In this document: positions 20,189 through 30,138 of the stretch, piece after piece | Numbering within the stretch: the stretch's first letter is position 1 | Layout of the letters: every line of letters starts with the position of its first letter | Origin: Planctomycetota bacterium | GTDB lineage: Bacteria; Planctomycetota; SZUA-567; H5-PLA8 | Direction of reading: 5' to 3' | Length of the DNA: 64,000 nt | Assembly: GCA_027493525.1 (NCBI GenBank) | Contig: JAOSKN010000002.1 | Span: 1,271,326 to 1,335,325 of the forward strand | The notes under the pieces: model-generated | The model's input: only the letters and a program-made list of their open reading frames with translations | Told to the model about the DNA's origin: nothing | The model's database searches: none | Translations under genes and position numbers: made by a program

Positions 20189-21661
20189 GTAACCGTTCAG
20201 TTCCCTACCGCTGCAAGGAATGCCGGAGCCTTTGCGCCGGTGCGGTGAGCAGCCAAGGCCCTGCGCAGATAGTCAAGGATGGGACGCTTTTGCAAACGCA
20301 AGGTCTGCACGGTGGTCAAGATCCGTTCGGTGAAACGGCAGCCTGCGGTACTGTGATTGCCGAAGCTCCCTTTGCGCCACAGCACCGCCGGACGCAACAT
20401 CCGTTCGGCGTGGTTGTTGGTCGGTTCGATGCCTTCGACGGCCGCGAAGGTCCACAGCGCGTCGTAGACTTTCAGCACGCGTCTGCAAAAGCGCTTGGTT
20501 TTGGGGTCCGCGCCCCTGCTTCCGAGCCGGAGCGTTCTCTGGAAACGCAGGCGTATCGGTTGCAACCGCACGTGTAGCGCGGCACGGTCGCAACGCCGGT
20601 CTTTGAAATCCTTCCAGGCCGCAAAGACCGCTCGGGCGGTCTTGCGGCCCGCTCGGCCGAGCGGTTGTGTCGCGGATCCCAGGTCGATCAACTTCTGAAA
20701 ATCGCGCTTGAGGTGCGCCCAGCAAATTTGCCGCTGCCGCGGCGGCAGGTGCGCGTAGGCGCCCCAGCGGTCGGAGCCGAGGATGCCGCAACACGCCCCC
20801 AGCAACGCCTTCAGGCCGTCCTTACCCCGGTGGGCGTGAATTTGAAAGGCTGCGACGCTCCGCGTGGCTGCCACCCACAGCCAACACAGCTTGCCACCCT
20901 TCGCCCAGCCGGTTTCATCCACGTTTTTGAAAGCCGCCCCACGCACGGCCGCCAGCGCCTGCGCGTGAGGCCCTTCCAGCGCGCCGCTCATCTCGTGTTC
21001 GAGCTTGATCACCGTGCCCAGGGATAGCGGGACCCCAAAGACGGTCTCGGCGAGTTCCTGGACGTTGCGCTTGCTGGCGTGGCCACGCCCACTCAGATAC
21101 GACAACGCCGCCGCCAGGTTGGGACCCAGCGCATGGGCTTGAATCTCCGGCGGAATCTCCGCGCGGGTGCGGCAGCCGCAGCACGGACAGGTGCGTGCGT
21201 GCCCCTGGTATTCGGTGATTTCGGCCGGCTGCGGCGGCAACTCCGCGACTTGATGCCAAGTCGGAGGCGGATCGTGTGGCCCTGGCCGCTTAGACAAGGG
21301 GGCTTGGCATTCCGCACATACGTGCGGCACGTAATGGACCACGTGCGTGACCCGTTCGGGCGGCAAACGTACACGGTGATGGCCCGGATGTCCGGGTTGT
21401 CCGCCGGGTTTGCGGCCGCTCGGCTTCTTGGCGGCTGGAGGCTTCTGCCAGGGCGCATCGGACGACGGTGGTTTGGAAGAGTTCGAGGAATTCTGGTTCA
21501 AGCGCTCGGAAAGCCGCTCCAGCTTGGCTTCCAATTCTTCGATCCGCGCCAGGAGCACCGCGCAATTCGGACAAGCCGGGTTGGGTTTAAGCTCGCGCAC
21601 ACATACAGTATCGGATGGCGTGACGTAAAAAATGAGCCTTCATAGGGGACTGAACGGTTAC
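20189..21661. mobile_element. IS66-family insertion sequence with a single transposase gene, about 20-bp inverted ends, and 8-bp TSD CTTTTCTG
   Basis: Left inverted end is GTAACCGTTCAGTTCCCTAC; the right end reverse-complements to GTAACCGTTCAGTCCCCTATG. The direct repeat CTTTTCTG sits at 20181-20188 and 21662-21669. Confidence 0.8.
20197..21600 (-). CDS. IS66 family transposase
   Basis: The N-terminal CPNC zinc finger, leucine zipper and NSSNSSKPPSSD motif are characteristic of IS66 transposases (TnpC). The protein is 467 aa. Confidence 0.85.
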   Translation of the reverse strand: MRELKPNPACPNCAVLLARIEELEAKLERLSERLNQNSSNSSKPPSSDAPWQKPPAAKKPSGRKPGGQPGHPGHHRVRLPPERVTHVVHYVPHVCAECQAPLSKRPGPHDPPPTWHQVAELPPQPAEITEYQGHARTCPCCGCRTRAEIPPEIQAHALGPNLAAALSYLSGRGHASKRNVQELAETVFGVPLSLGTVIKLEHEMSGALEGPHAQALAAVRGAAFKNVDETGWAKGGKLCWLWVAATRSVAAFQIHAHRGKDGLKALLGACCGILGSDRWGAYAHLPPRQRQICWAHLKRDFQKLIDLGSATQPLGRAGRKTARAVFAAWKDFKDRRCDRAALHVRLQPIRLRFQRTLRLGSRGADPKTKRFCRRVLKVYDALWTFAAVEGIEPTNNHAERMLRPAVLWRKGSFGNHSTAGCRFTERILTTVQTLRLQKRPILDYLRRALAAHRTGAKAPAFLAAVGN

Positions 21662-21868
21662 CTTTTCTGTTTGAGGGGCAGGCAACAGGAAGAGAGTTCC
21701 ATAGCAACCGGGAACTGACAACCGAGAACTGGCAACTGGCGGGCGGCACGGGGCAGCTTCGCTGACCCGTGGTACGGAGGGGAAAAAAACCGCCCAGGCC
21801 GGGGGCTGGCGGCCTGGGCGGGGGCGGCCTTCGGACTCCTCCTGGGGGAGAGGAGCGGAAGGGCCGGG

Positions 21869-23479
21869 TTACTTGGCGCTGCCGGTGCGGCCGAGGCGGG
21901 CGGTGTAGAGGAGGCTCGCGGCGGCCTGGTACTCCCGCGCGCCGAGGCGGAGCTGGAGGTCCACGCCGACCGGGACGCGGCGGACGGTCGCGTTGAGGAG
22001 CCCTTCGTCGTCCCAGTTGGCGCCGAGGTCGCCCTTGAGGGCGAGGGTGAAGGCGCCGGTGCGCGCGGCGAGGCGGAAGAGGCTCGCGCCGTTGCGGCCG
22101 AGGCCGCGGCGGTCGAGGGTGAACGTGAGCGCCGCGCCGCCGAGGTCCACTTCGACGAGGGCGCCTTCGGGGGCGAAGCCGGCGGGGAGGGCGAGAAGGC
22201 CGCGGACGGTCGCGGCGTCGCGGCCGGGCCGGGCGAAGTTGCGGGCGAGGCTCGCGCGGAGGCGTTCCACGGCCAGGGGTTCGGCGGGCTCGGCGGGGGC
22301 GGCTTCGATCACGACCTGGAAGCTGGCGCTGTCGGTCCCGCCTTTGCCGTCGCCGACTTCGACGTTCACGGTGTAGGTTCCGGGCGCGGCGTAGGCGTGA
22401 ACGGCGTTGGCGCCGGAGCCGCTCGCGCCGTCGCCGAAGGTCCAGGCGAAGGAGAGCGGGTCGCCGTCGGCGTCGGAGGCGCTGGCGCTGAAGAGGATCT
22501 CGTCGCCGGGGCGCGCGGGGAGCGAAGCGGCGTCCCAGGCGAGCAGTTGGGGCGCGGCGTTGGCGGGCGGCGGGGGCGGCGGGGCGAGCGGGCCGTCGAG
22601 GACATCGCCGAGGAAGGCGAGGAGCTGCGCGTCGGAGACCTGCGCGGGGTTGGCGAGGTCCAGGCCGGCGAGGGCGGCGGGAACGTCGGGGCGGCGGTAG
22701 CGGATGTAATCGAAGAAGGCGACGAGGTCGGGGTTGCCGCCGGCGATGACGCTGGTGTTGTAGGCGTAGGGGTCGGCGCCGCTCATGGAGGCCCAGTCGG
22801 TGTAGGCGGTGAGGCCGACCTGGAGGCTGGCGGGGAAGTCGGGGCGGTGGTAGCGGCGGTGGACGGCCCAGGCGCCGCCGGGGAAGCGGCGGAGGACGAG
22901 GACGACCGCGCCGATGCGCGCGACGCGGATCTCGGCGCGCGGCGCGGCGTCGTCGATCTCGAGGAAGGAGTCGCTGGCGATGGTGGACTTGACCTCGAAC
23001 TGGAACGTGCCGGGGGCGTTGGCCGAGCCGATGGAGAGGAAGATGTAGTTCTCGCCGCCGGGGGCCCAGGTCTGCGGGGTGACGTCGCGGGGGGCGCGGA
23101 TCATGATCCCGGCGAGGGAGTAGTAGGCCTGCGGGGCGCCGGCGCCGGCGCGGCGGCGCGGTTCGACGTCGGTGGTGACGACGAAGTCGCCGGCGACGGG
23201 CTTGAAGGCGAGGACGCCGCGGTAATCCCGATACCAGCCGCTGGCGTAGGGCATCAGCATCAAGCGTCCGGGAGAGGACTGCCCGACGTCGGCGGCTTCG
23301 AGTTGGTCGGCGTTCCACTGCTCCACCGTGTTGACGCGCTGGAAGCGCGCGAAGGCGTCCGGGTCGTCGAACTCCTCGGAGAGCGGGGCCAGGTCGTCCT
23401 GGGCGAGGGCGGGCGCGGCGGCGGCGAGCGCGAGGATGCAGGCCGCGGCCAGGCGCCGGAAGGGGAGGGATCGGGTCAT
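21869..23479 (-). CDS. secreted protein with PKD domain
   Basis: A signal peptide, and a PKD motif: LSFAWTFGDG...HAYAAPGTYTVNVEVGDGKGG. Confidence 0.7.
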   Translation of the reverse strand: MTRSLPFRRLAAACILALAAAAPALAQDDLAPLSEEFDDPDAFARFQRVNTVEQWNADQLEAADVGQSSPGRLMLMPYASGWYRDYRGVLAFKPVAGDFVVTTDVEPRRRAGAGAPQAYYSLAGIMIRAPRDVTPQTWAPGGENYIFLSIGSANAPGTFQFEVKSTIASDSFLEIDDAAPRAEIRVARIGAVVLVLRRFPGGAWAVHRRYHRPDFPASLQVGLTAYTDWASMSGADPYAYNTSVIAGGNPDLVAFFDYIRYRRPDVPAALAGLDLANPAQVSDAQLLAFLGDVLDGPLAPPPPPPANAAPQLLAWDAASLPARPGDEILFSASASDADGDPLSFAWTFGDGASGSGANAVHAYAAPGTYTVNVEVGDGKGGTDSASFQVVIEAAPAEPAEPLAVERLRASLARNFARPGRDAATVRGLLALPAGFAPEGALVEVDLGGAALTFTLDRRGLGRNGASLFRLAARTGAFTLALKGDLGANWDDEGLLNATVRRVPVGVDLQLRLGAREYQAAASLLYTARLGRTGSAK

Positions 23480-23825
23480 CTCGAGGCTCCTTTAAGAAGG
23501 GAGGGCGCTGCGCCCTCGTGGTTCGAAGGGCGCTAGGGCAAATGGGAGTCCTGGGGGATGCTGGGTTGGTGAATTCGTGCATCATATTATATATGAATAG
23601 GTTGTAATAATAGAGGTATGTTGTTTAATACAACATCTTGTCTCATCTCTAATTCGGGCCGGATCGCGGGAGCGGCTTGGGCCGCCGCGGGCGTTCAAAA
23701 AACTTACGGCGTATGAGATTCGAATGAGGTGTTTGCACGTGCGGGGCGAATCCAACAACGCCGCATCTAAACCGCAGAGCCCGCAGAGAGCGCAAAGGCA
23801 GTAAGGGTAAGGATGAAGGGCCGCG

Positions 23826-23995
23826 GCCTTAAAGTGCGTCCTAAATCGTCTCGCAGTCGTCTTCGGGCGGCGGGCTTCGCGATGCGTCGTTGGCCTCCTC
23901 GCCGGATGCTCGTCCCGATACGGCTCGTTCGGCCGCCTCGCCTCGCTTGCCCGGCGCTCCGAAGCCGCCTCGCGATCCGGTTTTAGGGCGCACTC
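23826..23995. repeat. about 165-bp dispersed repeat (copy 1 of 2)
   Basis: Near-identical to 33846..34015, on the same strand. Confidence 0.7.
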
Positions 23996-24213
23996 TTAGA
24001 ACACGCGCAGGGTTTTCCTGCCCGACATGCTTGAAATCGCGAGAAGACTTCTCCGCGCACTCTGCGGTTCATGCCGCGTGGCGGTGTTCGAGAGGGCCGG
24101 CGGGGGCGGTGGAGAAGGGTACGAGTCGAGGCGGCGGATCGAGTAGGATTGTACGAGTGTCCCAGCGTATCCATCCCGGGAAGCGGACGGATCAACCCCA
24201 GGGAGAACGGACG

Positions 24214-26313
24214 ATGAACGGGAACGGGAAACTGCGGAAGCGGATGCTGGCGGCGCTGCTCGTGTGCGCGGCCGGGGCGTGGCCGGCGCGCGGTGCGGAG
24301 TGGCACGTGGACCAGCGTCACGCGGGGGCGAGCGACGCGAACGCGGGCGGGGCGGAGGCGCCGTTCAAGACGCTCGCGAAGGGGGTCGCTTCGGCGCGGG
24401 CGGGGGACACGATCCGGGTGAAGCCGGGCATGTACCGCGAGGAGCTGGTCTTCAAGGCCTCGGGCGCGCCGGGGAAGCGGATCGTGCTGAAGGCGGAGGC
24501 GGGCCCGGGCGAGCGGGTGATCCTGAGTGGGTCGGAGGAGCTGAAGGGCTGGCGTCCGAGCACTCGGGAGGAGGCGCGCGGGAACCCGCATTTCGAGCGG
24601 ATCTACGTGGCGGAGACGGACGTGAAGCCCTTCGGGATCTTCGTGGACGGGGTGGCGGCGAAGCTGGCGCGGATGCCGCGGAACGAGAAGTCGTGGTTCG
24701 CGGCGGAGTCGAGCGCGGGGACGTCGATCCGCGACGCGCAGCACCTGACGCAGCCGGCGGGCTTTTACGAAGGCGGGACGATCGTGGTGCGGCATCCGAG
24801 CACCAACCGGTTCCGCGACACGATCGTGCGCTACGACGCGGAGGCGCGCGAGCTGCATTTCGCCTCGAAGATGACCGAGTCGGTCTCGGGGAAGGACCAG
24901 TACTGCGTGCAGAACCTCCCGAACCTGATCGAGGGGCCGGGGCAGTTCGCATGGGAGGCGCGCGGGGAGCGCTTCCGGATTTTCCTCTGGCCGCCGGAGG
25001 GCGGAGCGCTGGAAAAGCGGTTGGTCGAGCAGCCGGTGCGCGGGGCGAGCGGGTTTCTGGCGAGCTGGGATCCCGGGGTGGGGCACCTGACGCTGGACGG
25101 GCTGGAGATACAGCACGGCGTCTCGGGCGCGATCGGGGGCTCGGGCGGGAAGGACCTGGAGATCGTGAACTGCATCCTGCACCACAACCTGGGCGGGGGG
25201 AGCCGGCATGCGATCGCGCTGAACCGGCAGGAGGGCGCGCTGATCCGGCACAACATCGTGATGCATAACAACCACAGCGGGATCGGGCTCTCGTACGGCC
25301 GGGAGCTGCGGATCGAGGAGAACTGGATCTTCAAGAACCGCGTCGACGGAATGGCGATGGGCTGGGAGACGCGGAAGGTGACGGTGGCGCGGAACCTGAT
25401 TCAGGACCAGTGGGACGGCGGGCATCCGGACGGGTTCCAGACCTTCCGGCAGGTGAGCGAGCTGACGCTGGACAGCAACCTGATCTTCAACACGGGGCAG
25501 ATGTGGCAGTGCGGGAGCACCTCGAACAGCCGGATGGTGAACAACATGTTCGTGGGCTCGCACGACAACGGGCTGAGCATCACTTCGCGGATCATCTTCG
25601 ACAAGTACGGCAACGAAGGGCAGACGTGGGCGTTCAACACGCTGGCGTTCTTCAAGCTGGGAGGCATGAGCCTGGTGAAGGACTTCAAGGTGCACGACAG
25701 CGTGATCGCGCCGGGGACGCGGATGGCGCTGATGAGTTCGTTCCTGAAGTACGAGTGGACGAGCGACCGGAACCTGTACTGGGCGCCGGGGGCGAAGGAG
25801 GCGACGTTCCACTGGAAAGGGGAGTCGCTGAACTTCGAGAAGTACCGCGAGGCCTCGGGGCAGGACCGGCATTCGAAGTACGGCGCGCCGTGCTTCCGCC
25901 GCGCGCCGGCGCACTACAGCGGCGGGACGGACGGGGCGCACGAGCGGGGCAAACTGTTCCTTTCGAACATGAGCCCGAGCGAGTGGGAGGCCGGGGACCA
26001 CGTCGAGGTGAACTGGGACGGGATCGCGCGAAAGATCAAGGCCTCGGGCGAGGGCTGGATCGAGTTTGAGCCGGCGCTGGCCGAGGCGCCGGACGGCCCG
26101 CGCTTCGTGGCCGCCAACTGGAAGAAGGAGACGAACTTCGAGCTGGACCTGCGCGTGACGGACGAGAGCCCGGCGAAGGGGCTGGGCGAGGGCGGCAAGG
26201 ACGCCGGCTCGAGCGTGGACATCCAGGCGTACCTGCGGCTGGATTTCGACGGCGACGGCAAGCGCGATGTACCCGAACTGCCGAAGGCGCTGGAGCACCT
26301 GAAGCCGCGCTAG
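24214..26313 (+). CDS. right-handed parallel beta-helix repeat protein (putative polysaccharide lyase or hydrolase), secreted
   Basis: The ORF is protein-like from MNGNGKLRKRMLAALLVCAAG (signal peptide) onward. The GDTIRVKPGMY motif and NxxG repeats suggest a pectin-lyase fold. Confidence 0.75.
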   Translation: MNGNGKLRKRMLAALLVCAAGAWPARGAEWHVDQRHAGASDANAGGAEAPFKTLAKGVASARAGDTIRVKPGMYREELVFKASGAPGKRIVLKAEAGPGERVILSGSEELKGWRPSTREEARGNPHFERIYVAETDVKPFGIFVDGVAAKLARMPRNEKSWFAAESSAGTSIRDAQHLTQPAGFYEGGTIVVRHPSTNRFRDTIVRYDAEARELHFASKMTESVSGKDQYCVQNLPNLIEGPGQFAWEARGERFRIFLWPPEGGALEKRLVEQPVRGASGFLASWDPGVGHLTLDGLEIQHGVSGAIGGSGGKDLEIVNCILHHNLGGGSRHAIALNRQEGALIRHNIVMHNNHSGIGLSYGRELRIEENWIFKNRVDGMAMGWETRKVTVARNLIQDQWDGGHPDGFQTFRQVSELTLDSNLIFNTGQMWQCGSTSNSRMVNNMFVGSHDNGLSITSRIIFDKYGNEGQTWAFNTLAFFKLGGMSLVKDFKVHDSVIAPGTRMALMSSFLKYEWTSDRNLYWAPGAKEATFHWKGESLNFEKYREASGQDRHSKYGAPCFRRAPAHYSGGTDGAHERGKLFLSNMSPSEWEAGDHVEVNWDGIARKIKASGEGWIEFEPALAEAPDGPRFVAANWKKETNFELDLRVTDESPAKGLGEGGKDAGSSVDIQAYLRLDFDGDGKRDVPELPKALEHLKPR

Positions 26314-26326
26314 GCGGCGGCCGGGG

Positions 26327-26565
26327 GAGCGACGCGGTTGCTGGTTGTCGGTTGTCGGTTGTCGGTTGCCGGTTGCTGGTTGCTGGTTGCTGAGGTGCTT
26401 TCTATTTTGGTTCGAGGTGGAGGCGGTACATCAAGAGGTTCGAAGGAACCGGAAACCAAGACTTGAGAACCGACACCTGACACCCGGCACCCAGGAACCA
26501 GGAACCAGGAACCGGGAACCGGTGACCGGCAACTGGCAACCAGCAACTGGCAACTGATTTCGGCT
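26327..26565. repeat. composite GTTGCYG/GAACCGG repeat element
   Basis: Seen in sequence. Confidence 0.8.
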
Positions 26566-26573
26566 GGCGTTTT

Positions 26574-27626
26574 TCAGTGCCGGAAGAGGCGCTCGCATTC
26601 CGCGGGCGAGAGGGCGCGGTCGTAGAGGCGCAGTTCGTCGAGGGCGCCGACGAAGCCGTTCTCCTGGTCCCTGTCGCCGCCGACGACGAGAATGCCGACA
26701 TTGGCCTGGCTCAGGCGCTCCAACAACGGATCGGAGCACGCCAGGGGCGCGCCGTCCAGGCGGGCCGTGACGCGCTCGCCGTCCCAGACCAGGACCGCGT
26801 GGCGCCAGCGCCCGTCGAAGAGTTCGGGGGCGGGAAAGACCAGGCGCTTCCGGCCTGCGCGCAGGCAGAGCGCGTCATCGGCCAGTTCCAGGGAGGCGAA
26901 GGGATAGATCTTGAAGACCGTGAACTGGGCGCGTTCCGTTCGCGCCGGGCTGATCCAGAACGAAATGGTGAACGCGCGCAAGTTGCTCCACGGGGGCGCG
27001 GCGCGGACGAGGAGCTTGGGCACGGGCGAGCGCGCGGGCTGGGCGGCAAAGCGCAGGGCGCGGCCGAAGGGCCCGGCGTCGAAGGCGGCCTGCCCGTCCT
27101 GCCAGGAGACCTCCTGAGCCAGCGGGCTGGCGTCTTGGACGCGGTCGTTGAAGTCGAGGTGCAGGATCAGGCCCCGCGCGGGCGCGGATTCCTCCGCGGG
27201 GCCGCCGGGAGGCGCATCCGCGGCACGGTCCGGCTGGCGCATCGGCGCGGCGGGGCCGCGCGAGGCGCTGGCCATGAAGAGGACGGTGGCGGAGAAGACG
27301 GCGGCGGCGAGGGCGCTGGCGAGGCCGAGGGCCCACTTCGTGGCGCGCGGCGCAGGATGTGGCGCGGGTTGCGCGCGCGGCGCGGGGGCGGGGCGGTGCG
27401 GCATGCGCGGGGTGGGCGGCTGGGCCTGGGCGGCGTCGGCTTGCTGGACGAGCTTGCGGGCCTGGGATTCGTTGAGGGGCAGGGTCTCGAGGGTCACGAT
27501 GCCGGCGGCGCAGTCGGCGCAGAAGACCCCGCGGAGTTTCTTGTCGCGCGCGGCGCCGGCCTCGAGGTCGTGCTCGGTCAGGCGCGCGCCGCACTTTTCG
27601 CAGTAATAGAATTTCAAGCCATCCAA
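26574..27626 (-). CDS. LamG-like jellyroll (concanavalin A-like) domain protein with N-terminal zinc ribbon and TM helix
   Basis: Cys pairs at YYCEKCG and FCADC form a zinc ribbon, followed by a hydrophobic helix. The C-terminal domain is LamG-like. Confidence 0.65.
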   Translation of the reverse strand: MDGLKFYYCEKCGARLTEHDLEAGAARDKKLRGVFCADCAAGIVTLETLPLNESQARKLVQQADAAQAQPPTPRMPHRPAPAPRAQPAPHPAPRATKWALGLASALAAAVFSATVLFMASASRGPAAPMRQPDRAADAPPGGPAEESAPARGLILHLDFNDRVQDASPLAQEVSWQDGQAAFDAGPFGRALRFAAQPARSPVPKLLVRAAPPWSNLRAFTISFWISPARTERAQFTVFKIYPFASLELADDALCLRAGRKRLVFPAPELFDGRWRHAVLVWDGERVTARLDGAPLACSDPLLERLSQANVGILVVGGDRDQENGFVGALDELRLYDRALSPAECERLFRH

Positions 27627-27685
27627 GCCCCGCGCGGCCCATGGCGATGCTATGCATTCGGCGCGGCGAATTCAAGACGGGCGGG

Positions 27686-27885
27686 GGCGGGATGGTTGCC
27701 GGTTGCCGGTTGTCGGTTGCTGGTTGCTGGTTGCCGGTTGCTGAGGTGCTTTATTTTTTGTTTGGTGGTGCAGGCAACACAAAAAGAGTTCCAAAGCAAC
27801 CGGCAACCGGCAACCGAGAACCGGCAACCGCTGAGCGGCACGGGGCGGCTTCGCTGACCCGTGGCACGGCGGGGTGGGCGGGATG
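27686..27885. repeat. composite GTTGCYG/GAACCGG repeat element with CGGCACGGGGCGGCTTCGCTGACCCGTGGCACGG box
   Basis: Seen in sequence. Confidence 0.8.
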
Positions 27886-28009
27886 CTCGCGGTAACCGGA
27901 GAACGAAAAGACGCGCGGGCGGGACGCCCACGCGAGCCGGCGAGGACGCCGGCGCTACGGCGGCTGCGCCGACCCATGGCACGGCATGTGGGATGCCGGC
28001 GCTACGGGG

Positions 28010-29007
28010 TTACTTCAGGGCGTCGACGCCGGCTTGGGCGACTTCGTGATCCTTGGCGATGGAGTCGCCGCTGACGCCGATGGCTCCGACGAAGCGGCCC
28101 TGGGCGTCGAAGATGGGGAGTCCGCCGGGGAAGGTGATCAGTCCGCCGTTGCTGTGCTCGATGCGGTAAAGCGGGGCCTTGGCTTCCTTGTCGAGGCGCG
28201 AGAGGTCGCCGATGACGCCGGTGGGGAGCTTGAAGCACCAGGAGGTGCGGGCCTTGCGGTGCGCGATGTCGGCGCTGCCGGGCCAGGCGTCGTCCTGCTG
28301 GCCGGCGGCGAGGACGGTGCCTTCGGCGCCCAGGACGTAGATGTGCATCTTGACCTTGGTCTTGGTGACGTCGCTGTCGGTCGCGGCGGCCTTCTTGAGC
28401 GCGGCGTGGAGCGCGACGCCGGCGCCGTAACTGGAGAGGGTGGGGACGGCCTGGGCGGCGTTCTTGCCGAGGTCCTTGGCCTTCTCGACGCCGGCCTGGG
28501 CGACGGCTTCGTCGTTGTCGACGGTGTCGCCGCTGACGCCGATCGAGCCGATGAGCGCGCCGGCCTCGTTGACGATGGGCAGGCCGCCGGGGAAGGTGAT
28601 CAGTTCGCCGTTGCTGTGCTCGATGCCGTACAGCGGGGCGCCGGCCTTCCCGTCGGTGCGGGAGAGTTCGCCGAGGGCGCGGGTGGCGAGATTGAAGCAC
28701 CAGCTCGTGCGGGCCTTCTTCATCGCGATGTCGGCGCTGCCGGGCCACGCGCCGACGGCCTGGGAGCCGGCGAGGAGCGTGCCTTCGCGGCCCAGGACGT
28801 AGACGTGCATCTTGCACTTTTGGCCCTTGTAGACGCCGCTCTCGGTCTTCTCGGCCTTCTTCTGGGCTTCCTCGACGATCTTCTCGGCGGCCTCGCGCGT
28901 GAGCGTGGAGACCTGGGTGAAGAGCGGCGGTTTGGGCTCTTCGCCCGCGCGGAGGGCCGGGGCGCAGAGCAGCAGCAGGGCGGCGAGGGCGGCGAGGCGG
29001 CGGGGCA
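28010..29007 (-). CDS. tandem GlcG/DUF336 (heme-binding HbpS-like) domain protein, secreted
   Basis: The ORF is protein-like from MPRRLAALAALLLLCAPALRA (signal peptide). The GSIGVSGD motif appears twice, in two GlcG-like halves. Confidence 0.65.
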
Positions 29008-29092
29008 TGGGAAGCTCCTTTACCTGTCCGGGTTCGGGTGACAAGGGGGCGGTTGTATAGAGTTGCGCGGAGGGAGGCAACTGAAGTTCCGG

Positions 29093-29262
29093 GTGGCGGT
29101 TGCCGGTTGCCGGTTGCTGGTTGCCGGTTGCTGAGGTGCGTTCTTTTTTGTTGGAGGTGCAGGCAACAAGAAAAGAGTTCCAAAGCAACCGCGAACCGGC
29201 AACCGAGAACCGGGAACCGGCGGTCGGCACGGGGCAGCTTCGCTGACCCGTGGCACGCGTGC
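29093..29262. repeat. composite GTTGCYG/GAACCGG repeat element with conserved box
   Basis: Seen in sequence. Confidence 0.8.
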
Positions 29263-29346
29263 CCCTCCTCGAAGAGGAGGGGAAAGTGCGCACAGCGAAG
29301 TTAACTACCTTAGGCAGAACTGTTTTGCACTCACGCATTGGGAAAC

Positions 29347-29434
29347 TGGAGGAGGACAGAGGACTCGAACCCCACTCCCGAAGGAGCGATCCGTTTTCGA
29401 GACGGTCCCGGCACGCCTGTCCGGTTTATCCTCC
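29347..29434 (-). tRNA. tRNA-Ser(CGA)
   Basis: Manual cloverleaf: GGAGGAT/GTCCTCC acceptor stem, long variable arm, CCA encoded. Confidence 0.8.
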
Positions 29435-29446
29435 CGGTGCGGGCGC

Positions 29447-30022
29447 CTATCCGACGCCCTGCATCCGCTGGCCTAGTACGAACGGCGCCCAACGCGGCTC
29501 GTGATGGACGATTCGCGGCGGGAGCTGTTCGGGGCGCGCGGGCCGGCTGCGCAGCGCCATGCCCGCCGTCTCCGGCGTGCGGTCGCGCTTGCGCCGGTTG
29601 CACGGCACGCAGGCGGCGACGCAGTTGGCCCAGACTGAGCAGCCCCCCTGTGCGCGCGGCAGGACGTGGTCCACGGTCAGCTTGTGCGCCGGCAGATGCG
29701 CGCCGCAGTACTGGCACGTGTAGCCGTCCCGGCGGAGCACGTTGTACCGGGAGAACGCCGGCTTGCGCTCGGGCACGCGGTCGTAGAAGGTCAGCACGAT
29801 CACCTCGGGCGCGAGGAGGTCGCACGTCGCCGTGCGCACCCGCGGCGAATCGGGCGCGCAGGCCACGCGGGTCCAGGACGCGAAATCGTGCGTGGAGTAG
29901 TCCTCCAGCCGCACGGCGCGCGCGTGGCCGTCCACGAGCTTGCAGAGCGCGCGGAGCACCGACGTCACGTCGATCGGCGTCCAGTGCTTGTTGAGGACCA
30001 GCGTCGGCCGTTCCAGTACCAC
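29447..30022 (-). CDS. HNH endonuclease
   Basis: The HNH motif is present: YTCQYCGAHLPAHKLTVDHVLPRAQGG...NCVAACVPCNRRK. Confidence 0.8.
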   Translation of the reverse strand: MVLERPTLVLNKHWTPIDVTSVLRALCKLVDGHARAVRLEDYSTHDFASWTRVACAPDSPRVRTATCDLLAPEVIVLTFYDRVPERKPAFSRYNVLRRDGYTCQYCGAHLPAHKLTVDHVLPRAQGGCSVWANCVAACVPCNRRKRDRTPETAGMALRSRPARPEQLPPRIVHHEPRWAPFVLGQRMQGVG

Positions 30023-30044
30023 CAGCGTGTCCTTTCCGTTGCGT

Positions 30045-30118
30045 TGGCAAGGCGCCGAGGAGTCGAACCCCGCCGGGCGGTTTTGGAGACCGCTCAGGTC
30101 CCCGGACCATCGCGCCTT
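30045..30118 (-). tRNA. tRNA-Trp(CCA)
   Basis: Manual cloverleaf; anticodon loop CTCCAAA. Confidence 0.8.
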
Positions 30119-30138
30119 GTCGTATCCGCCTCTCGAAC

